Source: a virus
DNA: 7,648 bases
Direction: 5' to 3' (one strand)
IMG/VR virus record: IMGVR_UViG_3300029767_000164
Location: 1 to 7,648 of that record
Below the pieces are notes generated by a model. The model did not search any database. It worked only from the letters and a program-made list of their open reading frames with translations, and was not told where the DNA came from. Positions 1-5,023 of the stretch are shown here, piece by piece (position 1 is the first letter of the stretch; each line of letters opens with the position of its first letter). The translations under genes were made by a program, and so were the position numbers.

Positions 1-190
1 GACGTAAAATTAAATAACCGATTATAGCACCTAAAGGTTCCGTAATACCCGAAAAAAACGATACTATAAATGCTCTTTTTCTGCTGCCTGTTGAGTAGTA
101 TATTGGTACAGACGTAGCAATTCCTTCCGGAATATTATGGATTGCTATGGCGACAGCTATGGCAACAAGATACATAAGGTGGGTAAAAAG
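1..190 (-). CDS. zupT: ZIP-family zinc/metal transporter (ZupT-like), C-terminal fragment only; host gene interrupted by the element
   Basis: Minus-strand translation from 190 down to 2 reads [63 protein letters not shown] and runs off the left edge. The [10 protein letters not shown] ... PIYYxTGSRxxA ... SGxxEPLGAxxGYL pattern matches the second HNxPEG transmembrane block of ZupT/ZIP transporters. The frame is closed immediately upstream by TAA at 191-193, which is the recombinase stop, so the N-terminal half is absent here. Confidence 0.75.
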
Positions 191-1669
191 TTATTTATAA
201 TAGATTTTTAAGAAAATATCGCCCTCGGGAGCGGATTTTTCACGTTTATATTCAATTTTTTTCACAAAATTTTTAAGAATAGAATTTTTTTCAGCGGCTG
301 AAAGAGAGTTGTAATTGGTGAGAAGTTCACGCAAAAGGGGGAGGCGTTCTTCGATGGAAGAAGTATCTACAAGTTTAAATTTTTCGCGTTCCTGTGCTAT
401 CGTGGCATTAATTTTCTTTCGTCTATCCGAAATTGCGTTATTGCGTTCAAGAAAAAGTTCCTTTGTATACACTGCCTGTTCAAGCAAGTCATACAGGCGG
501 AGTTGTTGTTTATCAAGTTTTTTTAATTCTGTTTCCAAAGTGGCTATTGTATCAAGACAAGAAAGTTTATCCTTATTATGCGATTGACGGATATTTTTTA
601 AAGACAATTCAATATCTTTAAATTCCTTTGTAAGCACTTCAAATACCTTATCTTCTACAATACTTAATGCAGAGGCTTTATTACAACCAAGTGTACGGCA
701 ACAAAGACGGTATTTTTCAACGGTTTCGTTAGAAGTATTGATAACTATTGCCCGACCGCAATTAGCACACTTTAAAAGCCCTGCAAACGGATTTTGCAAC
801 GTGCCTGTACGCATAGGCGGTTTATATTTCAGATTTATAATATCTTGTGCTTTGTTGAACGTGTCCTCGTCAATTATTGGCTCGTGCAGTCCGGGAACAT
901 ATAACCAATCATCTTTACTCGTTTTTTCTTGCGTATTTTTGCCTTTAACAGACTTTGATTTGTTCCACACTATTTTACCTATGTAAGTATGATTTCGGAG
1001 CATACGGGCGATTGTGGTGGGGTGGAGCGGTGTATTTTTCTTGCTCAAGACACCCAAATTTGCAAGCTGACGGCTTATTGAAGTAATACCCATACTTTGA
1101 TTTACATACATATCAAATATCATACGAACATATTTCGCCTCCGGTTCATATACTTCCAACGTGTGCTTTTTATTTATTACGGCATTTCGATAACCAAACG
1201 GAGCACCCGACACAAAGCAACCGTCGTTGATTGATTTGATACGTCCGCGGTTCATTCGACGAGTGATGAATTTAAGCTCCTTACGAGCCATAAACATTTC
1301 AAATTCACTGTAATCTTCGTCATACTCGTTGTTGAGGTCATATATTTTTTTGAGCGTAATAATTTTTACATCGTTTTCTTTAAGAACGTCAAAGATTTTT
1401 TCACTGTCTGCGGCACTTCCACGCCCTAAACGGTCAAGGTCAATACATAATACCGCATCATATATGTGCGAGGGAATAGCGTCAAGCAGTTTCAGCATTT
1501 CCGTTCTGTTGTATAACATTCCTCCGCTTATCACTTCTTCAAATATGTCAATGACCGTTAAATTATTGTCCTTTGCATAAGAAAGAAGAATTTCTTTGTG
1601 ACGTTCAAGCGTTTCAAGCGGATTGTTTTCGTCCGCTCTCGATTTTCGTAAATACATGGCTACATTCAT
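191..1669 (-). CDS. Large serine recombinase (phage integrase)
   Basis: 492-aa ORF. The N-terminal resolvase-type catalytic domain has the YLRKSRAD motif (nucleophile Ser10, Arg8) and DLDRLGR. A central recombinase domain is followed by a Cys4 zinc ribbon (CANCGR ... CCRTLGC) and a C-terminal coiled-coil-like region (LETELKKLDKQQLRLYDLLEQ). The SD is AAAGGAAG, 7 nt upstream of the ATG at 1669. Confidence 0.95.
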   Translation of the reverse strand: MNVAMYLRKSRADENNPLETLERHKEILLSYAKDNNLTVIDIFEEVISGGMLYNRTEMLKLLDAIPSHIYDAVLCIDLDRLGRGSAADSEKIFDVLKENDVKIITLKKIYDLNNEYDEDYSEFEMFMARKELKFITRRMNRGRIKSINDGCFVSGAPFGYRNAVINKKHTLEVYEPEAKYVRMIFDMYVNQSMGITSISRQLANLGVLSKKNTPLHPTTIARMLRNHTYIGKIVWNKSKSVKGKNTQEKTSKDDWLYVPGLHEPIIDEDTFNKAQDIINLKYKPPMRTGTLQNPFAGLLKCANCGRAIVINTSNETVEKYRLCCRTLGCNKASALSIVEDKVFEVLTKEFKDIELSLKNIRQSHNKDKLSCLDTIATLETELKKLDKQQLRLYDLLEQAVYTKELFLERNNAISDRRKKINATIAQEREKFKLVDTSSIEERLPLLRELLTNYNSLSAAEKNSILKNFVKKIEYKREKSAPEGDIFLKIYYK

Positions 1670-1705
1670 CGTAAATCTTCCTTTCTTGTGTTATATTTCA
1701 ACTCA

Positions 1706-1735
1706 CACGCTCCGTGGGGAGCGTGACACATGTGT
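1706..1735. promoter_or_regulatory. Perfect 8-bp hairpin followed directly by a 10-bp palindrome, upstream of the integrase gene
   Basis: CACGCTCC (1706-1713) pairs with GGAGCGTG (1718-1725) around the loop GTGG. It is followed directly by the self-complementary ACACATGTGT (1726-1735). Function is unknown. Confidence 0.3.
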
Positions 1736-1758
1736 ATAAATGCACTTTATTCTGTTTC

Positions 1759-1792
1759 CTCTGCCTGTTGGAGCAGGCAGGGAAATTTTTTT
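1759..1792. terminator. Hairpin plus T-run between the zinc-ribbon gene and the integrase gene; orientation ambiguous
   Basis: The stem is CTGCCTG (1761-1767) with CAGGCAG (1774-1780) and a 6-nt loop, and a T7 run lies at 1786-1792 on the plus strand. For the minus-strand genes the U-tract is on the wrong side: an A-run precedes the stem. It is therefore only a canonical intrinsic terminator for plus-strand (antisense) transcription. Confidence 0.3.
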
Positions 1793-1794
1793 AT

Positions 1795-2031
1795 TTAAGC
1801 TGCGGTATCAATATAATCAATAACTGTTACGGTTAAGGTGCTTGAAAAAGTTTTCACGCTATCAAGAATTTTTTCAAGGGTTTCAACTGTTTCATTAGAA
1901 AAATATTCTTCTCCGCATTGTGTACATTTTTCGCAAGGTACATTTTTAATCACAACAACGAAATTATCAATTTTTTCAATATATTCTGTTGTTGTCTGTT
2001 CTGCATTGCCTCGGCAAAAGAAACAAGTCAT
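1795..2031 (-). CDS. YgiT/MqsA-N-type zinc-ribbon protein without an HTH domain (putative antitoxin, copy 1)
   Basis: 78 aa with CxxC (CFFC) near the N-terminus and NVPCEKCTQCGEEY later, the YgiT-type zinc-finger pattern. The start ATG (2031-2029) lies 1 nt after the stop of the upstream DUF4258-like gene (TAA-t-ATG). The SD AGGAGAG is embedded in the upstream gene's 3' end. Confidence 0.85.
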   Translation of the reverse strand: MTCFFCRGNAEQTTTEYIEKIDNFVVVIKNVPCEKCTQCGEEYFSNETVETLEKILDSVKTFSSTLTVTVIDYIDTAA

Positions 2032-2032
2032 A

Positions 2033-2353
2033 TTATTTCACTCTCCTTGTTTTAAAATCATTTTCCCATTTATCCGGTTCGGGATAGTATGCGGTTACAG
2101 CATACAAATATTCTTCATCATAGCCTGTTACATTATGCAACGGCATTTGTTTAAGACTTTGACCGCAAATTAAACAACTTGGAAGTCTTGCTGACTGTGG
2201 ATAGTGTTCGATTATTTCGCCTGTGAAAATACTGTTTTTGTAATCATCTTTAGATATATTACGTTCACGCAAACGCTTAAATGCGTGAAGTGACCATTTT
2301 ATTTGGTCTGATTCACATCGTTTTCGCACTTCTTCAATATCTATTTCTTTCAT
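2033..2353 (-). CDS. DUF4258-like protein (putative toxin, copy 1)
   Basis: 106 aa carrying LHAFKRLRERNIS, GEIIEHYP, PLHNV and a C-terminal WENDFKTRR. I recognise these motifs as the DUF4258 family, and they are shared with the paralog at 3154-3483. The SD AGGAGGG lies 6 nt upstream of the ATG. Confidence 0.85.
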   Translation of the reverse strand: MKEIDIEEVRKRCESDQIKWSLHAFKRLRERNISKDDYKNSIFTGEIIEHYPQSARLPSCLICGQSLKQMPLHNVTGYDEEYLYAVTAYYPEPDKWENDFKTRRVK

Positions 2354-2380
2354 TTGTATCCCTCCTTTGAATATTCATTG

Positions 2381-2406
2381 CGATTTTGTCAACGTCAACA
2401 AAATCG
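2381..2406. promoter_or_regulatory. Inverted repeat in the AT-rich gap upstream of DUF4258 copy 1; candidate operator or RNA hairpin
   Basis: CGATTTTGT (2381-2389) pairs with ACAAAATCG (2398-2406) across an 8-nt spacer that lies within a tandem GTCAAC GTCAAC (2388-2399). Further CGATTTTG / ATTTTGATA copies occur at 2466-2476 and 2449-2457. Confidence 0.3.
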
Positions 2407-2498
2407 TCAAAAATATAATTTTGAATTTGATTTATTAAAAATCGGTTATTTTGATAAATTAATTACGATTTTGATACATTTTATATATAAAAACCTCT

Positions 2499-2912
2499 TT
2501 AATACTCTGAATTTTTCAAATAGTCCATATGTCTGCGGTAACGTCTTGGGACGTTAATAGGCACGTCATAACCGATTTGTTTCAGAAATTCGGTTATAGC
2601 ATCAACACCGTCATTAAAAAATTCCGTTATACGTTTTTCTTTGTTAGTTATATTTTTGTAATTAGGCGGGCATACAAAAGTCCAATCCGCACCCTCGTTA
2701 TCAAAAATAATTCTAAAATATTCATCTATATTATATTTGTCGAGAGCCTTTGCCAATAATAAATGGTGTTCGCAACCCTCATCGAGTAATGAAACAACAG
2801 CGTGTGAGCGGTCGTGGGCAATGACTGCCATTAACGGCTCACTGTCGTGATTTATAAATTCGGTTTTCGTTTCATCACTACCGTAATATTTTATTATTTC
2901 CAATATCATCAC
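2499..2912 (-). CDS. Hypothetical protein, 137 aa, His/Cys-rich, no family recognised
   Basis: The ORF is long and protein-like and starts 12 nt downstream of zinc-ribbon copy 2. It has a His/Cys cluster (HDSEP ... HDRSHAVVSLLDEGCEHH ... FVCPP). The start is ambiguous among GTG 2912, ATG 2909 and TTG 2903, all behind AAGGAAG. Confidence 0.7.
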   Translation of the reverse strand: MMILEIIKYYGSDETKTEFINHDSEPLMAVIAHDRSHAVVSLLDEGCEHHLLLAKALDKYNIDEYFRIIFDNEGADWTFVCPPNYKNITNKEKRITEFFNDGVDAITEFLKQIGYDVPINVPRRYRRHMDYLKNSEY

Positions 2913-2918
2913 TTCCTT
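2901..2918 (-). repeat. 18-bp translation-initiation-region repeat, copy A (CAATATCATCACTTCCTT on plus; AAGGAAGTGATGATATTG on minus)
   Basis: Identical to 3472-3489. It covers the SD and first codons (M-M-I-L) of the 137-aa ORF. Confidence 0.9.
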
Positions 2919-2924
2919 ATAACA

Positions 2925-3152
2925 TCAAGCAACTTCCGAATAATTCAATTCAGCAATACCCGAAACAATATTTTTCACTTGGTTTATCAATTCTTGAATA
3001 CGAACAGAAACGTCGAATGAATATGATTTTTCGCCACATTGTGTACATACTTGAGTAGGCACGTTGTGTATAACAATAATGCAATTCCCTAAATCTGCAA
3101 TATAATTTGTAAGCTTATTTTCTGTACTTGATTTACATAATAGACATTTCAT
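2925..3152 (-). CDS. YgiT/MqsA-N-type zinc-ribbon protein without an HTH domain (putative antitoxin, copy 2)
   Basis: 75 aa with CLLC and NVPTQVCTQCGEKS, alignable over its whole length with 1795-2031. The start lies 1 nt after the upstream stop (TAA-a-ATG). Confidence 0.85.
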   Translation of the reverse strand: MKCLLCKSSTENKLTNYIADLGNCIIVIHNVPTQVCTQCGEKSYSFDVSVRIQELINQVKNIVSGIAELNYSEVA

Positions 3153-3153
3153 T

Positions 3154-3483
3154 TTATAAACCCTTCTTTCTTGTTTTAAAGTCTTTTTCCCATTCTATAT
3201 TATTCGGGAAATATTCTGTTATTATCCAAACAACATCTTCTCCTATGGCACAAACTATGTGTATATATTTTTCGCTTGATGTTTTACCGATTACGAGGAA
3301 GCTTTTGTATGGATAATCATTTGGATATTCTTCGATTATTTCGCATCGCTTTAATGCCGGAAGTATATCGGTAAGAATATCTATCGAACGTTCGTTAGCT
3401 CGTTTTAATGCGTGGTCTGTCATTTGTATCTTGTGTGCTTTACTTAGGTTGTGAATTTGTTCTAATTCATTCAATATCATCAC
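3154..3483 (-). CDS. DUF4258-like protein (putative toxin, copy 2)
   Basis: 109 aa carrying DHALKRANERSID, CEIIEEYP, YIHIV and WEKDFKTRK, which makes it a paralog of 2033-2353. The same start ambiguity applies (GTG 3483 or ATG 3480). Confidence 0.85.
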   Translation of the reverse strand: MMILNELEQIHNLSKAHKIQMTDHALKRANERSIDILTDILPALKRCEIIEEYPNDYPYKSFLVIGKTSSEKYIHIVCAIGEDVVWIITEYFPNNIEWEKDFKTRKKGL

Positions 3484-3489
3484 TTCCTT
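3472..3489 (-). repeat. 18-bp translation-initiation-region repeat, copy B
   Basis: Identical to 2901-2918, in direct orientation, 571 bp apart. The two copies bracket exactly the copy-2 DUF4258 plus zinc-ribbon pair. Confidence 0.9.
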
Positions 3490-3533
3490 GTTTTATATTT
3501 CTAAAAAATACAATTTGTTAATCTGTATAAATA

Positions 3534-4178
3534 TTAAAAACCGACTTTACATTCAACTACTTTTCCTACTATCTCAACATCGTCTTGTTTTAAGTCATAA
3601 ATTTGTGTTTGATGTTCGGGGTTATAAGATTGAGGCATAAGCATAACAATATTTTTCTCTTGCTTAAAGCGCTTTATCGTAAAAGTGTCATGATTAATGC
3701 GAACAGCGGCAATTTCGCCGTTTTCAACTGTTGGTTGTACGCGAACAGTTACAAGACTTCCGTCGGGAATGTTTGCGGCGGTCATACTATCGCCCTTTAC
3801 TTTTAAAGCAAAATATTTACCACCATGATTTAATTCTGTATAAGTATATCCCTCATAATTTTCTTCCGAAAATATCGGTAATCCTGCCGCAATATCTCCT
3901 AAGATAGGTATTCTGTGCATTACAGGATTGTATGGGACTGCTCCGTCGGGTAATGGCGGAAGTTCTTTCATTGGTACATCTTCTCCCATTAACCAAGGTA
4001 TAGAAACATTTAGAATATTTGCGTAAGTATCTAATCGTTTTTGCTTAGCTACATATTTACCTGATTTGTATTGACTCATTACACTTTCAGGAGTATCTGT
4101 AAGTCTGCATAATTCAGCGGCGCTCATACCATTATATTTTAAAGCCTCTTTTAAGCGCTCGGCAAATGTAGATTTCAT
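3534..4178 (-). CDS. Phage CI-like repressor: XRE-family HTH plus S24 (LexA/CI-type) self-cleaving peptidase domain
   Basis: 214 aa. The N-terminal HTH is LKYNGMSAAELCRLTDTPESVMSQYKSGK. A LexA-like AA-G cleavage motif lies in ILGDIAAGLP. The catalytic Ser is in KGDSM and the Lys in TIKRF. The gene is divergent from a Cro-like gene. Confidence 0.95.
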   Translation of the reverse strand: MKSTFAERLKEALKYNGMSAAELCRLTDTPESVMSQYKSGKYVAKQKRLDTYANILNVSIPWLMGEDVPMKELPPLPDGAVPYNPVMHRIPILGDIAAGLPIFSEENYEGYTYTELNHGGKYFALKVKGDSMTAANIPDGSLVTVRVQPTVENGEIAAVRINHDTFTIKRFKQEKNIVMLMPQSYNPEHQTQIYDLKQDDVEIVGKVVECKVGF

Positions 4179-4201
4179 TTTATCTCACCTCTCTTACAAG
4201 T

Positions 4202-4230
4202 ATTATACAATAAACTTTGCAAAAACGCAA
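4202..4230 (-). promoter_or_regulatory. Leftward promoter for the repressor gene
   Basis: On the minus strand: TTGCGT (-35, plus 4225-4230), a 17-nt spacer, then TATAAT (-10, plus 4202-4207). The SD AGAGGTGAG follows, then the ATG at 4178. An ACTTTGCAAAA half-operator (4214-4224) lies in the spacer. Confidence 0.6.
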
Positions 4231-4270
4231 TATTTATTTTGAAAAAAATAAAAAAACTTTGCAAAACCTA

Positions 4271-4299
4271 TTGACTTTGCAAAACCAAAGTGTTATAAT
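4271..4299 (+). promoter_or_regulatory. Rightward early promoter for the Cro-like gene
   Basis: TTGACT (4271-4276), a 17-nt spacer, then TATAAT (4294-4299). It is followed by the SD AGGAGGTG (4321-4328) and the GTG start at 4334. Confidence 0.75.
4274..4291. promoter_or_regulatory. Operator O1: ACTTTG-CAAAAC-CAAAGT palindrome overlapping the rightward promoter spacer
   Basis: Perfect 6-bp inverted half-sites separated by 6 bp, lying between the -35 and -10 of the rightward promoter. Confidence 0.6.
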
Positions 4300-4300
4300 G

Positions 4301-4318
4301 ACTTTGTAAACACAAAGT
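4301..4318. promoter_or_regulatory. Operator O2: ACTTTG-TAAACA-CAAAGT palindrome just downstream of the -10
   Basis: Same half-sites and spacing as O1, and covers the predicted transcription start region. Additional ACTTTGCAAAA half-sites lie at 4214-4224 and 4256-4266. Confidence 0.6.
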
Positions 4319-4333
4319 GTAGGAGGTGTTAAA

Positions 4334-4582
4334 GTGTACAATTATAGCAAGCTTTTAGGTAGAATTAAAGAAAAAGGTTTTACTTTAGAAGCATTAGCAA
4401 AGAAAATAGGTCTTAATGTATCTACTCTAAGCAAGAAACTCAACAATAAAAGCGAATTTCATCAAGATGAAATTAAAAAAATATGTAGAGTGATTGATAT
4501 AGAAATGTGTGATATAGGAACTTATTTTTTTTGCCAAGAGACTTTGGTTTTACAAAGTAACGTAGGTAATATAAGAAAGTAG
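4334..4582 (+). CDS. Cro-like early regulator, DUF739-type HTH protein
   Basis: 82 aa. YSKLLGRIKEKGFTLEALAKKIGLNVSTLSKKLNNKSEFHQDEIKKICRVIDI ... YFF matches the pattern I recognise for DUF739 phage regulators. The start is a GTG 5 nt after AGGAGGTG. The last 16 codons run through operator O3 and repeat copy 1. Confidence 0.85.
   Translation: MYNYSKLLGRIKEKGFTLEALAKKIGLNVSTLSKKLNNKSEFHQDEIKKICRVIDIEMCDIGTYFFCQETLVLQSNVGNIRK
4541..4558. promoter_or_regulatory. Operator O3 (distal): ACTTTG-GTTTTA-CAAAGT palindrome inside the 3' end of the Cro-like gene
   Basis: A third perfect copy of the half-site pair with the same 6-bp spacing, about 250 bp downstream of O1/O2. Confidence 0.5.
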
Positions 4583-4585
4583 GTG
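4560..4585 (+). repeat. Start-associated repeat, copy 1 (ACGTAGGTAATATAAGAAAGTAGGTG)
   Basis: The 25-nt core CGTAGGTAATATAAGAAAGTAGGTG is identical in all three copies. It has stop codons in all three plus-strand frames and ends in AGAAAGTAGGTG, one mismatch from the ideal anti-16S complement AGAAAGGAGGTG. A start codon follows 5-7 nt later. Confidence 0.9.
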
Positions 4586-4592
4586 AGGAAAT

Positions 4593-4751
4593 GTGGAAAG
4601 TGTGCAAAAACAGATTGCAAAATACATTGATAATAAAGGTATAACAATCATGCACATATCTCAGAAGACAGGAATAACATATGAGCTATTAAGATTATCA
4701 TTAAAAGCAAATCGTAAAAAAACAAGCACACAGCAAAGACTATGTGCTTGA
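4593..4751 (+). CDS. Small XRE-type HTH protein (52 aa), possibly C-terminally truncated
   Basis: Not in the ORF track because it is under 60 aa. The GTG at 4593 (alternative GTG at 4602) gives (M)ESVQKQIAKYIDNKGITIMHISQKTGITYELLRLSLKANRKKTSTQQRLCA. The IAKYID-KGI ... ISxKTGI ... L pattern is a typical short phage HTH. It sits 7 nt after repeat copy 1. An A7 run at 4716-4722 precedes an atypical tail. Confidence 0.5.
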   Translation: MESVQKQIAKYIDNKGITIMHISQKTGITYELLRLSLKANRKKTSTQQRLCA

Positions 4752-5009
4752 AGAAAAATAAATATAGAGTTTCACCGAATTTACGGAGTGCAAACTATAC
4801 GTTACCGTATAGCAGGGCGATATTGTCACCTCGTTAATTGAATTATATTCAGACTTGAGTTGCTTAACGGCAGAATCAAGTACTGAATCATTGAATGGTT
4901 TAATTACATCTTGTATCTTTGAAAGTGATGGATATTGTGTTGAATCAAGTGGTTTAGACATTGTTGCTATTCCTGAAAGTCTGATTTCATCGTTTTTAAT
5001 CGTAGACAT
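4740..5009 (-). CDS. Hypothetical 89-aa ORF (weak call)
   Basis: The sequence is more protein-like than the overlapping plus-strand ORF 4855-5055. However, the SD is poor, the C-terminal tail is low-complexity, and no homology was recognised. Confidence 0.3.
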   Translation of the reverse strand: MSTIKNDEIRLSGIATMSKPLDSTQYPSLSKIQDVIKPFNDSVLDSAVKQLKSEYNSINEVTISPCYTVTYSLHSVNSVKLYIYFSSST

Positions 5010-5023
5010 CCAATTTGTTACTC

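Noticed and set aside
20-30. 11-mer GATTATAGCAC shared between 20-30 (inside the zupT fragment) and 5556-5566, considered as an att-type repeat
   Set aside because: An 11-mer match is expected by chance several times in an AT-rich 7.6-kb window. The second copy is the -10 region of a promoter, not an element end.
315-1580. Plus-strand ORFs 315-587, 433-621, 738-986 and 1329-1580 from the ORF track
   Set aside because: All lie antisense inside the well-supported 492-aa serine recombinase gene. Their products are low-complexity and Ser/Leu/Cys-rich, and none has an SD. They are shadow ORFs.
1795-3152. Calling the zinc-ribbon proteins full MqsA antitoxins
   Set aside because: They are only 75-78 aa and consist of the zinc-ribbon region alone. 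The C-terminal HTH domain of MqsA is missing, and the partner is DUF4258-like rather than MqsR-like. Only the domain-level similarity is claimed.
1838-3806. Plus-strand ORFs 1838-2173, 2354-2557, 2529-2759, 3128-3316 and 3603-3806
   Set aside because: They are antisense to the DUF4258, zinc-ribbon, 137-aa and repressor genes, or span an AT-rich intergenic gap. Their composition is Phe/Ile/Ser-rich, as expected from reverse-reading AT-rich genes, and no ribosome-binding sites are present.
3534-4178. Calling the S24 protein the host LexA
   Set aside because: The N-terminal domain is an XRE/Cro-CI-type HTH rather than the LexA winged helix. The gene is also divergently paired with a Cro-like gene next to an integrase. 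This is the phage CI arrangement.
4591-4644. ATG at 4591 directly after repeat copy 1, giving a 17-aa peptide (MWKVCKNRLQNTLIIKV)
   Set aside because: The frame offset by 2 nt (GTG 4593) encodes a recognisable HTH protein. The same (A/G)TGTGG arrangement with a GTG start is seen at 6910-6914. The 17-aa frame is probably not the product.
4473-4655. Minus-strand ORF of 60 aa
   Set aside because: It is antisense to the Cro-like gene's 3' end, operator O3 and repeat copy 1. It has no SD and an implausible sequence.
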